DNA of 60,000 nucleotides, taken from assembly GCA_028534125.1 (NCBI GenBank), contig CM052832.1:16122001-16182000 (forward strand), written 5' to 3'. The stretch's first letter is position 1. Every line of letters begins with the position of its first letter. Below the pieces are notes generated by a model. It was given only the letters and a program-made list of their open reading frames with translations. It was not told the DNA's origin and made no database searches. The translations under genes and the position numbers were made by a program. Positions 1 through 11,157 of the stretch are shown piece after piece. The stretch is from Lama glama. Its lineage: Eukaryota.

Positions 1-438
1 GAGGTAGTGAGGGGAAGGAAGCACTTAAGAGTCAGAACACACATTAGACACTGGGGAGAGAAAAATTAAATTAAATCAACAAGGAGGCTGTGGGGAAGAG
101 TAAGAGGGAGCCTTGCCCACCTGTCAACATCAAATCAAGAAACGCTGGGGAGAGTGGAGGATCGGGAGAGGAGAGACAGATAGTCTCTTCCGTCCGTCCT
201 CCTCTCTCAGAGCTGGGAGTTCTGATGCTACTGACGGAGCAGTTCAGAGCAAAGGTTTTCCCATCCTATGCACAGATGTCACTCCTCCTCCCCGCACCCT
301 CCCAGAAAGTGGCCGGGGTCGGCCTTAGCCAAGAGAAAGGGAGTAGTTGAGGGGAGGGTCCATGGTTAAGGAAGGGTCAGCAGGGACCCCCAATACTGAT
401 TCTCCTCTGGCTGGAGGTGGGCAGGAAGGAGACACAGC

Positions 439-1445
439 TCAAATACTGAGCAGCCAGAAAAAGAAGAAGATGGCGAGAAACAGGAAGAGGGAGTCCTGCC
501 AGCTGGAGGCCGGGTGACCCTGTCTCAGATCCACACCTGTGGGAGAGAGGAAAGCTGTGGAAAGAGCATCCACTCGTAGGCCCGGACGGGGGCTGGGGGG
601 ATTCAGAGGGCTTGCTGGTAATAGCTGAGGGAAGTCTCTTACCTGTACCCCGACGGAATGGCTCATGGGTGTTGAAGATGGTGGTGAAAAAGCCAAAGGG
701 AAAAGCACCAACACCAAATGAGAAGTGAAAGCCCCCAGTGTCACCAAACGGCTGGAATCCCTAGAGAGGTGGAGAAAGTCAGTAGGGAGATGGGCAAGTC
801 TTTGGCCAGGAAGGAACACAATCAGACAAGACTCACCCCTCTGCTCTCCGGAGCTGGTCGCTGGCCCTGGGGGCGAGGTGGGGTTTTCAATCTGAGGAAG
901 AGGAGAGGGACTATCAACAGGAAATATTCCCTCCTCTTCCACACCCACTCCCAGGACAGAAGCTTCCACCTTCCCTCGGCACCACCTCCCCTCTCTCACC
1001 TGGGATCCTGGGGCTTCTGGCTCCCTCGCCCATAAAGGGGGACAACCTTTTCTCTGCTGATCCCAGCTTTACACACTGGGCACTCTTGCCGCTCTGGCCG
1101 TGTCTCCAGCCACTGGGGGAAAAAAATGTAGTGGTTTCCAGTACACAGAAGGGTCTTCCAGCTCCTCAGACCTCCCCAATTCCCTCTTCATCTCCTCTGA
1201 GTACGCACCTGATGAAGACAGGGCCAACTGGAAGGGGGAAAAAGAAAGGTCAAACCAGCTACACAAAAGAGAGACACAGACCCAACCTCAGACCCATCTC
1301 GCCCCCTCTTCCCAGGTATTACCTGCTGTTTCTTTTCATATTTTCCACAACCTCTACCAGGCCAGCCAACTCAGCCTTCCTGCTTCTCTGACTTCCCCAC
1401 AGAGGAACATCCATCCTCAACATGCTCAAACGTTTCCTCTCCCCC

Positions 1446-1488
<43 letters not shown>

Positions 1489-2322
1489 ATACAAATTCTC
1501 CCCCTCCCTTCTGTGTCTTTGGACTTAATTTCCACTCTTCAGCACACTTTTCCAGATCTACTCTTTCAGCCCCAGTCCCCATCCTTGCCCTCATCACTCC
1601 CAAACCAAACCCCTTTTTACTAGCACTTACCCCACTACTCCTTTTCCTCTCTCCTATGCCCAATAAAATCCCTATTTCCACAATTCCTTAACCCCTGGGG
1701 GCTGCCCCTCCACAGTGCCCTTGTCCCCAGTTTGCCATACCACCTCTTCCCATCTCTCACCTGAATGTAACCTCACATTCCCTAGATTCTCTAGATCTCC
1801 CCCAACTCAGTTGATGCGTGCCTCTCCTGACCTTTGAGTCTAGTCCGTATCCACCTGTACAGCTAAGATCCTTCCCAAGGGTAAGGTGGCTAAGGTCTCA
1901 CCTGCACAGATGTCCGGTGCCCATCCCCGGCGCGGCGCCACACTTCTTAACACACCATACGCCTCAGCTCCTAATTCCTATCACTCCCCTCTCCCAGGTC
2001 TTCTCTGTACAGACGTGACCCTCTCGCCCACACATGCCCAAAAAGACATAAGACCCCCTCCTCAGGCCTCACCTATGAGACTGTGCCCTCCGAGTATCTG
2101 TATGACTGTATGGTCCCCGCGCCCCCAGCCTCCCGGGTATGGAGGTGAACCCCTCCTTTTCGCCCCCGTCCCAGATTCTCACCAGTACAGGTGGCCACAC
2201 ACACTGACCACAGCTTCCCGAGCAGTCTCCAGGCATATATTACATTCGAAGGTCGCGCCCGCCCCGCCCCGCTCGCGGTTTGGCCCTTCGGGGCCCCCGT
2301 CCTCCTCCTCCGCCGCTGCCAT
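439..2322 (-). CDS. RNF5: E3 ubiquitin ligase RNF5 (RING finger, C-terminal TM), 6 coding exons, 180 aa
   Basis: Exons 2322-2183, 1227-1209 (19-nt microexon), 1112-1000, 891-837, 760-643, 536-439; all introns GT-AG; 543 nt. Protein [68 protein letters not shown]...[14 protein letters not shown] has a C3HC4 RING. Confidence 0.97.
1449..1490. repeat. (CA)n microsatellite in RNF5 intron 1
   Basis: Visible acacac run of about 17 perfect units with a degenerate tail. Confidence 0.9.
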
Positions 2323-2329
2323 GGCCAGC

Positions 2330-3500
2330 TCTGCTTCGCCCCCTCGTACCCCTTAATCCCCCGAAACAAACATACAAACGCCCCAGCAAACGAGAAACCG
2401 CCTCCTGCCCACGATCTTTGGGCAGGCTTCAAGGTTTTCTAATCACTATTGGCCTGAGTGCCTGCCAATCACACAGGGCCTAAAGAAAGGATTGGTCCAA
2501 AGGGTGGGGGTGGAAAGAGGTTTGCGCGGTCCGGCCCTTGCACACTGACTATTGGCTGGTACAGTCTAAGTCAGTATGCAGTGCCAAGGGATTGGTAACA
2601 ACTCCATACGTCCTGTCGCACTGCCAGGGAAGGCTTTATTCGTCCGAGTAGCTGCCCGTCATAACCAAAGGCCAGAGGCAATTGGCTCAAGACCACATAG
2701 ACCTCGCCCACCAAAACCCCTTTTTTTCCTCTACTTCCTCTTTCAGAGAACGCACGCATTCCTATTGGACTTTGGAGCGTATGACTCCAAAGCAATTGGT
2801 TGGCTAGAACTCGACGGAAAATGGTGGCTAGGTAAAATGCGCGTGCGCAGCAGGAGGCGGGAAGGGGTGGGCCAATCCTGTAAGGGTTGAGCCTCCTCGG
2901 GTCCCACCCCTTCACATCTCTCTTGTCGCCATGGTGACTGCTCTACAATTGGCGGGGTTTGGGTTCAAAGGCCTCGGCTCGGCCTCATCCGGGTCCTCCG
3001 GCTGTGGGCTCTCTCGGCTGATTGGGCCGTTTCTTTCGCCCTTGATTGGCCGAGATCGGAAAAGACGGCGAAGAGCTCGGAAAAGAGGACAAATACTGGG
3101 GTCGCAGGGTTCAAAATGGCTCCGTCCTCCTTCGGTGACGTAGAGAACAGAGCTTGGGTCTGCCCTTCCCTCTTAGTGAAGAAGGGAGCAGAACTGGGAT
3201 TAGCCCGACGTTTGGATGGTGCCAACCTCGATTTGCGGCGCTGGTATTAACCCATCTCCCTCATCTGGACGACTCAGTCCGCCCCTCTCTAGGTGATTTA
3301 CAGAGTAGAACTAAACTAAATGCCCACCCCCTTTCTAATGTGACACAGTAGAACAGAGTTGACCTCGACTCCGTTTTAAATCTTAAGAGCAGAAAATGTC
3401 TAGCTCCGCCCCCTTGTGAGGGTGCAGAAGAGGCAAGGCCCGCCCCCTTTTAGGCGACCCGCGGCGGAATGGGGTTAGGCCCGCCCCTTCCTTCTCGTAC
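2330..3500. promoter_or_regulatory. CpG-rich bidirectional promoter between RNF5 and AGPAT1
   Basis: Head-to-head genes. 12 CCAAT/ATTGG boxes at 2448-3049, YY1-like AAAATGG at ~2818 and ~3113, NRF1-like GCGCGTGCGC at ~2839, GC boxes at ~3404-3488. Confidence 0.8.
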
Positions 3501-4069
3501 TGTGTCCGGGGGTCTTCCTCCCGGGCTGGACCCCTGGGAGTTGGGCCAGCTGCTAGAGTCTGGGCCTTTCCTACGAGTTTGGGCCTTTTCTACAGTCTGT
3601 GGCCCAAGGAGCAGGACTAGGTAACAGCCCTCTCATTATTAGTATTCTTTACATCCTGTTGCTCAAGGCGTGTAAACTCTCAGGGCAAAGGTGTCTGGGG
3701 ACGTGGAGGCCAGACACAAGCTGAGGCCTATTCAACATCCTTATAAAAGGTCCAAGTGACTCAAGTGAGGAAAGGTAAAAAGTTGGGAGTTGTCTAAGGC
3801 AGGGGAGGTAAAGGTTCAGGAGGCGTGTAGAGGTCTAGGGACAGTTATTGAGAGGGAGAGGTGGAGACCAAGAAGGGAGAAGTGATGGAGTAATCTTGGT
3901 AAGGGGATGATGGGAGTATGGGGAAGAGGGCTGGGGAGAGAGCTAGGTACATGATGACAAAATTAAAGAGGCATGCTCATCCCAGAAGAATCAGCATTCT
4001 TCCCCCACTTAATTTTTCAAGAAAGCAACCCTAATGCCCAATTTCCATTGGAAGGAAAGAGTACTTTTC

Positions 4070-4139
4070 TGCGTTGCGGAGGGGGCGGTGATGGGCTCTG
4101 TTTTGCCAATCGCAGAACAGCTCAGTTGTCTCAGCTTCG
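4070..4139 (+). other. AGPAT1: Candidate alternative non-coding first exon of AGPAT1
   Basis: Strong donor TCG|GTGAGT at 4140, with a GC box and CCAAT nearby. The 5' boundary is uncertain. Confidence 0.4.
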
Positions 4140-4859
4140 GTGAGTAAGGAGACTGATACGAAGGAAAGGAACTACAAAAGAAAAAGTACTAAGTTAAGGA
4201 ATGGGGGGAGGACAGGAGCAGGGAGAGGGCCTGAGAGTATCCCTTCTCTCCAAAGACCAGGAAGGGAGTGGGTGGAGAAGGGAGCTGGACTGCTGGGAGA
4301 TAGTGGGGGGACAAAGGGCAGAGAGACCAGGCAAGAGGGCCGGAGGGCAAGTTGCGGTGAGATGGAGCCCTGGAGAGAAAGAGGAGAGAGGTGAAGAACT
4401 CAGTGCTTGGCATATAGTAGGTGCTTGATAAATATTTGGACTTGAACAGGGAACAGGAGGAAGGAGTTGGAGAAGGGTTGGAATTGGAGGGAATAAGTAG
4501 CAGATGTGGGCGTTAAGGAGAAAGGAAGAAATCAATTGACAATAAGAGGAGAGCTGATGGAGAAATGAGAAGGACCGGGTCACGGAAGGAATACAGCACC
4601 ACGGGGCACCCAAGGCATGTGTGCTGAAGGGAAACTGTGGAAAAAAAGATACAGCTGGAGGCAGAGAAGGCCAGAGCGAGGGAGGCAGAGTCCGGGCGAG
4701 CTCCCGTGGGGAGGAGCTAGCAAGAGACTACTGAACGATGTGGGGAAGAGATGCCTGGGTCCCCGGGAGGCGATTGGCAAAACAGAGCGCCCATCACCGC
4801 CCCCTACTTCCTGGCCAGCCCCGGAAACTAGCGGGCGTGGGGAGGGGTGGCGGGGGATA

Positions 4860-5129
4860 GCGGCAGCAGCAGCCCCAGCCCTCAGAGAGACAGCAGGAAG
4901 GGAGGGAGGGAGGGAGCTAGGGGGACAACCCCCCACCATTCCTATCGCTATGGGCCCAGCCTCCCACTCTCACCTCCCCTCCATCGGCCGGGGCTAGGAC
5001 ACCCCCAAATCCTGTCGCCCCCTTGGCACCGACACCCCGACTGAGGCAGAGACACAGCCACCCGCCACCACCGCTGCCGCAGCCCGGCTGGGGAGGGGGC
5101 CAGCCCCCCAGGCCCCCCACCCCACTGAG
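4860..5129 (+). other. AGPAT1: Non-coding (5'UTR) first exon of AGPAT1
   Basis: GC-rich exon ending CACTGAG|GTGGGG (donor 5130), preceded by GC boxes and ATTGG at ~4773. It resembles the mammalian AGPAT1 5'UTR as recalled and splices to the acceptor at 8961. Confidence 0.7.
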
Positions 5130-6883
5130 GTGGGGGCAGGAAAGGGATGGGCGGAGGAGGGAGGAGGGTGCTAAAAGGGACATGGAGGAGGGGATGGGGG
5201 AAAAACTGGGTCTGGGAGGGCGGACCGGAGAGAGGATTGGTGGGAAAAGGATAAGGGCCGACTGAGGAGAGGGTTGCTGGGGAAAGGAGAGGGGGCCTGA
5301 GAGGGAGGAAGGATGGAAGAGACACAAGAGGAAGGAGAGATGGAGACCCTGTTAATTTGGGATGAGGGTGTGGACGGGGAATCTCGGAGAGGGAATTCCC
5401 CACACTTTCCCAATTCCTTTTCTTGCCCTTTGGCCCCACATGATCTGGGGGGGGGGGTTGTGGCAGGGAGAAGGCAGTGTATTGCCTCCTTCCCCCAGCA
5501 GAATTGGCTTCCTACGAATGCCCTCAGACACCTCTGCTTCTCTCTAGGCACGGGACCTCTTGTTTCTTGTGGCCTTCTATGCTGTTGTAGACCCTTACTG
5601 ACATGCAGTGCCTCATAGGGGGCCATGTTTTCTACATGGAGTCCGTGTGCCTTTGACATGTTTAATGGCTTGGGTGCGGCTAGGTTGTCCTATGCTCTCC
5701 ATGGGCTGTGAAGAAATGATGTGTTCTTTTCCATCAGAATCTCCTGTTCTCATATCTGATGTCCATGTCTCCTGTCCAGTCTTAACATGTTCACGTGTGT
5801 GTGTTTTTTCACCTGTTGTGTCTATTATGTGGTTTCATGTTTCTTACACATTTTATGGTTTTGCATGTTTACTTTAACCTGTAAAGGTTATACTTTATTT
5901 TGTTCGGGCTCACAGGTTACGTCCACAGCCCTGCCACGGGCAGTCATCTCTGTGTGCGATCTCGTGGCTTAGCTGACCAGCGCACACTCGTGTTGTGATC
6001 AGACTGGCCTGTTTACCGCATTTGTTTTCCCAGTCCTGGTTCACAGTGCACATATGTGTGTCCCTTCGCATGATGTGCTGACGTGACATGTCCATAGCTT
6101 CTTGCTTCTGGTTACACATACTATTTATTTCATGATTTTATTGACAATATATTTTATGAGCGGTATGCTCATTACCTCATTTGCCTTCCACTGGGCTTAT
6201 AAGTCCTCAGACAGTCCTGCTCTGGAGAGGGTCACTTGATGTCGAATATTAGAGAAGAAGGTAACTGGGTCTCCATGTCCCTAAAGAACCACCCCCATGT
6301 ACCTTACCTTGCTGACCTCGTGGGCTCTTGTCTCTTCACCCACATTGCCTCCAGTGGCTGTGAACCGTCTGTCTGGGGAACTCAGTGCACATCGCGGGGT
6401 CAGCCCTGCCGTGCCCATTGTCTGTCCCTCACTCTTTGCACTGTTGGCATCTGTTGGATGACAGCAGCATCTTTCCCCTGTGGCATGTTAATCCCCATTC
6501 TGTATGCTTCTCCTGTGTGTGAGATGGTAAGTGCCGTGTTGATTGTTGTCCCTCTGCCTTCACCGTGACCCCGTATCTTATGTGTAGATTCAGAGTAGGT
6601 TACTGTTTGGTCTGGTGTGTTCATTACTTTCTTGGTGCCTTTTCATAGTTAATAGTCCTCAGGAGGGTAGCTGATTCACTGTTTAGAACCACTGTCTCTG
6701 TCCTTAGTTATGGCTATGTGGGTATGTATACAGAAGTAGAATCTGTTCAGCAAATGTTTAGTGAGTGTCTTCTCTGCTTCCTTCTTCCCTGGGCATAAGA
6801 CAGTTCCTGTCCTCAAGCTGCTTACAGGTTGGGGAGGAAAATAAAAATGCCCTGAGCAGTTACACCCTGTCTTGTGTCAGGAT

Positions 6884-7028
6884 GGGTGGTTCTCAAACCT
6901 GTGTGCACATCAGACTCATCTGAAGGGCTTCTTAAAATAATATACAGATTGATGGGCCCAATGTCCAAGATTCAGCAGATCAGAGGTGAGGTCTAAGAAT
7001 TTGTATTTCCACACTTTGAGAACCAGTG
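6884..7028. mobile_element. MER5A-like hAT-Charlie DNA transposon relic
   Basis: Inverted termini tggttctcaaa...tttgagaacca and a typical internal sequence. Confidence 0.65.
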
Positions 7029-8144
7029 ATCAAGATAAAAGTGTAATGAAAACACAGGCCTGGAGGGGTTCAGGAAGACTTCCAAAAAGTGCCACTGAAG
7101 TGTGTGAGACAAGTGAAGAGGCAGAAGGACATTCCAGCCAGAGGGAACAGCGTGTTCACAGCACAGAAGCATGAAAGATCACGGTGTGTCTGAGGAGCTG
7201 AAGTAAATCAGTTTGACTGGAGCAAAAGAGGCTTTTTTGGCGGTGTGGCCAAAGACGTAAGCAGAAGTCAGCTTGTCGAGAAGGGCCTTTAGGCAAGATC
7301 AAAATAATGCTCCGAGGTCTGTTAACAGAAACATCGGTGGTTGCCGCGGTGGAAGACAGATTAAAGGGGAGGGGTTAGGAGTTGCAGATAATCCAGGGGA
7401 GCAGTGCGCATCCAAACTGGGGGGCGGGGGGTGTAGGATCGAGCAGCGCTGCTGCCCTTGTGCTGGCAGAGTCCTATTTCCTCTGTTGCCAGTTGCCTTT
7501 ACCCTTGTTTGGCAGTGGGCTTACCTTAGAGCACAGTCCTTGTGTCATTGGAAGGGAGCGCCTCTGGCCTTGATGTGAGTGACAGTTATTTGCCTGAACA
7601 CTGTTTTTTGTGAATTGTGGCCCTGCCCCCAACAGTGGGACAGAGTGGAGGAAGGAGGAAGAGTCTAGAAAGCAGGTTCTGTGTGCGTGCTTCTCTTCCT
7701 CCTGAGCCCTTTCCTCTCCTCGGCAGGTGGTGTGATGTCCCTTTTACTCTTTGCCCTCTTTTTTTCACCTACAAGCTACCTGCCTGCCCACAGTGCTCCA
7801 GCGTCACTGGGAGGGAGGGAAGGGGCTGGTGGGATTCGTTTGCCTGTCTGTGGAGGCAGGATTAATGGACAGAGCCACTCCTGGTATGTCGTGTCCAGAT
7901 AAGGGGACAAGGGAGCCTGCTTGGGTGGAGAGGGGTTCTTCTGAGTATGCATTTATAATCCTTTATCTGCCACGGGTGTGATTATAAATTTGTGTGTGTG
8001 TGTGGACTGGTCAGTCTATGTGCCTGTGTGTGTCTGCGTTTGTGACAGAGTCTTTATTCTTGCCAGTCGGCCCCTGAGAATGTCTGTGAGTGTTTTGTCA
8101 GTTTCCCTGTCCCTGCTGTGTGTACACGTGTGTGTGTGTAGACA

Positions 8145-8275
8145 GGCAGCAGTGTAGCCGAGTGGTTAGGAGCACAGCCACTTAGGTTTAAGCTAGGAAG
8201 TGCCTCTTAGGAATCATATCACCTCAAGTAAGTTTTTTAACCACTCCGGGCCTATTTTCTTTTAAATGTAAATTG
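8145..8275 (+). mobile_element. MIR SINE fragment
   Basis: ggcagcagtgtagccgagtggttaggagcac...caagtaagttttttaaccactccgggcctattttct...tgtaaa resembles the MIR core. Confidence 0.55.
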
Positions 8276-8312
8276 TGTGATTCATATTGAAAAGCTTAAC
8301 ATAATATATAGA

Positions 8313-8623
8313 CCAACCCTGTCCAACAGAAGTAAAATGCAAGCCACATATGTAATTTTAAATTTTCTGGTAGCTACATAAAAAAGGTAAAAAGTCACAG
8401 GGTGAAATTTAGTATGTTCAACCAAGTATGTCCAAAAGTTTAAAATTTCAGAGTTACCAATATAAAAGATGATTAATGGGATATTTTACCTTCTGTTTTT
8501 CATTCAAAGTCTTTTGAATCCAATGTGTATTTTACACTTCTGGCATCTCAGTTCAGACCAGACCACATTTCAAGTGCTCAGTAGCCATATGTGGCTGGTG
8601 GCTACCATATTGGACAGTGGCGG
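8313..8623. mobile_element. MER3/MER33-like hAT-Charlie element
   Basis: Termini ctgtccaa...ttggacag; internal caagtgctcagtagccatatgtggctggtggctaccatattggacag. Confidence 0.7.
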
Positions 8624-8970
8624 GCTAGACCATTATAAGATCCTTACCAGCTACAAGTGTTAGCTGTTGTTATTAATGTCCTTTTATTATTGCGTGTCTG
8701 TGGATGTCCGTGTCTTGTGTCTCTTGTCTAAATGTATCTGCAGCCTTCAGGGCGAGGGGTAGGAGAGCAGGCCTGAGCTCCCATCCCCTCTGCCCCCAGC
8801 CTAGAGAGGCTTCCTAGACAGGTTTTGATGAGAGTTCTGGCCCTATTCTGTGTCTCTGGCCCTTGTCCCCAGAGCCCTACCAGACCCTGCCTTCTGCACC
8901 TTGCCTGCCCCATCCCCCTCCCAGGAGCCAGGCCCACTGTCCTTTGCCCCATCCCCTGCAGGTGACCAGC

Positions 8971-11157
8971 ATGGAGCTGTGGCCAGGGGCATGGACTCTG
9001 CTGCTGCTGCTCTTCCTGCTGCTGCTCTTCCTGCTGCCCATTCTATGGTTCTGCAGCCCCAGTGCCAAGTACTTCTTCAAGATGGCCTTCTACAATGGCT
9101 GGATCCTCTTCCTGGCTGTGCTTGCCATCCCTGTGTGCGCCGTGCGAGGGCGCAACGTGGAGAACATGAAGTGAGGGTCGGAGTGTTGGGTGATGAGGGA
9201 GCCTAAGTGTCATGAGTGAGTGTGGATGGGGAGGGTATTGGATGTGGAGACACTGAGACAGCCCAGGGACAAGGAGGAGGAGAAGATGCAAAGATGCCCA
9301 GAAAGGCGGTGGTGGGTAGGGGCTGAGGGGAGGTGAGGCATGCAGGTGGATGTCAGCGGATGCCGCTGGAACCCTCTTCCCTGACCCCGCAGGATCTTGC
9401 GTCTGATGATGCTCCACATCAAGTACCTGTATGGGATCCGAGTGGAGGTGCGAGGGGCTCACCACTTCCCTCCCTCCCAGCCCTACGTTGTCGTCTCCAA
9501 CCACCAGAGCTCCCTGGACCTGCTTGGTGAGCAGCCTCCCCTAGCCATGCCCGTCCTCCTGGAACCTTCCCCGGGATCTCATCCCCCAGAGGTCCTCAAG
9601 CCTCCCTCACCTGGGATGTTGCACCCTTGCTCCCTCCCCAGGCCTCTTTCCCTGGAGTAGAGCTGCCCTCATAAGCAGGATAATAGACCATTAGTTGCCC
9701 TTTCTTCCTTTCTGGGGCTTCCCTGCCCCCTCCCCTCAGTCTGCCTCTTCCTTTATCTCCAGTCCCTGGTAGTGTGGGTGATGACCTGGGTGAAGTAGGC
9801 TGCTTCCTGTGACACTCTGGTCCTTACCTCACCCCCACCTCTGCCCTAGGGATGATGGAGGTACTGCCAGGGCGCTGTGTGCCCATTGCCAAGCGTGAGC
9901 TACTGTGGGCTGGCTCTGCCGGGCTGGCCTGCTGGCTGGCAGGAGTCATCTTCATTGACCGGAAGCGCACTGGGGATGCCATCAGTGTCATGTCTGAGGT
10001 CGCCCAGACCCTGCTCACACAGGACGTGAGTCACCCTGGGGAACTGGAGGGTTAAGGAGTAGAACAGTTGTAAATAAACTGATGTGCAGGGCCAGAAGAC
10101 CTCAGAAGTCCCATTACAGCATCACAGCCATTTTCTGACCCCTTCCAGGTACGAGTCTGGGTTTTTCCTGAGGGCACAAGAAACCACAACGGCTCCATGC
10201 TGCCCTTCAAACGTGGCGCCTTCCACCTTGCAGTGCAGGCCCAGGTGATTACTACTTCCCCTTCTACTGCTGCGCCCCCAGCCCCCACCATCCCTTCCTC
10301 TCTTGGCAGAGGTTTGTCGTGGGAGCCTCGGAAGGGAGCTGTGGGCTGATCGCTTTTCGCCTTCCTCAGGTTCCCATCGTCCCCATAGTCATGTCCTCCT
10401 ATCAAGACTTCTACTGCAAGAAGGAGCGCCGCTTCACTTCAGGTGAGGGGTCTGAGCAGATCCGGGATTGGGGGCTGGCCAGGAAAGCCTGGGAGAGGCT
10501 AGAGGGACGTCCCCAGGAGGCAGGAGGTTCAGGCAGTGTCAGAACTGTGAGATGTCCACAGGCTCATCTAGTGTGACATCAGCCAGTAAGTATTTGTGAA
10601 GCACCCACTGCATCCTGCTAGGTGGGTAACGCTTGGTCCCTCCAAGAGAGGCCACTACTGTCTAGCGGGAGGGATAAAGCCTACATGTGCCAAGCTGTAA
10701 TATTCGGCAGTAAACGCTAAACCTAGACAGCAGGGGCTGGCAGGGCACTGAGGTGTCTGGACTGGGGTTTGAGGAAGACTTTGTACAGGAGGACCTCGGA
10801 GAACAGGTGGCAGCTGGTGAGCAGAGGGCAGCTGTCTAGGGCAAGGGGAAGAGAACTGAAAGATTGAGGAGGAGAGTAAGTAGCAGGAGCGCTCAGAAAC
10901 CAGGCTCCGCCTGTGATCAAAGTCCCAGTAGATAGGCCGCAATGGTGCTCACCGCCCCCTACCCCCATCCAGGGCGATGTCAGGTCCGGGTGCTGCCCCC
11001 AGTGCCCACAGAAGGGCTGACACCAGACGACGTCCCGGCGCTGGCTGACAGAGTCCGGCACTCCATGCTCACCGTTTTCCGGGAAATCTCCACCGATGGC
11101 AGGGGTGGTGGTGACTATCTGAAGAAGCCTGGAGGGGTGGGCGAGGCCCGGCTCTGA
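8971..11157 (+). CDS. AGPAT1: 1-acylglycerol-3-phosphate O-acyltransferase 1 (LPAAT-alpha), 6 coding exons, 287 aa
   Basis: Exons 8971-9170, 9393-9526, 9850-10025, 10149-10244, 10370-10442, 10973-11157; 864 nt in frame. Acyltransferase motifs NHQSSLD, FIDR and FPEGTR; ends [14 protein letters not shown]. Confidence 0.97.

Noticed and set aside
4592..4612. REST RE1-like CAGCACCACGG upstream of AGPAT1 exon 1
   Set aside because: Only the left half matches; the GACAG right half is absent.
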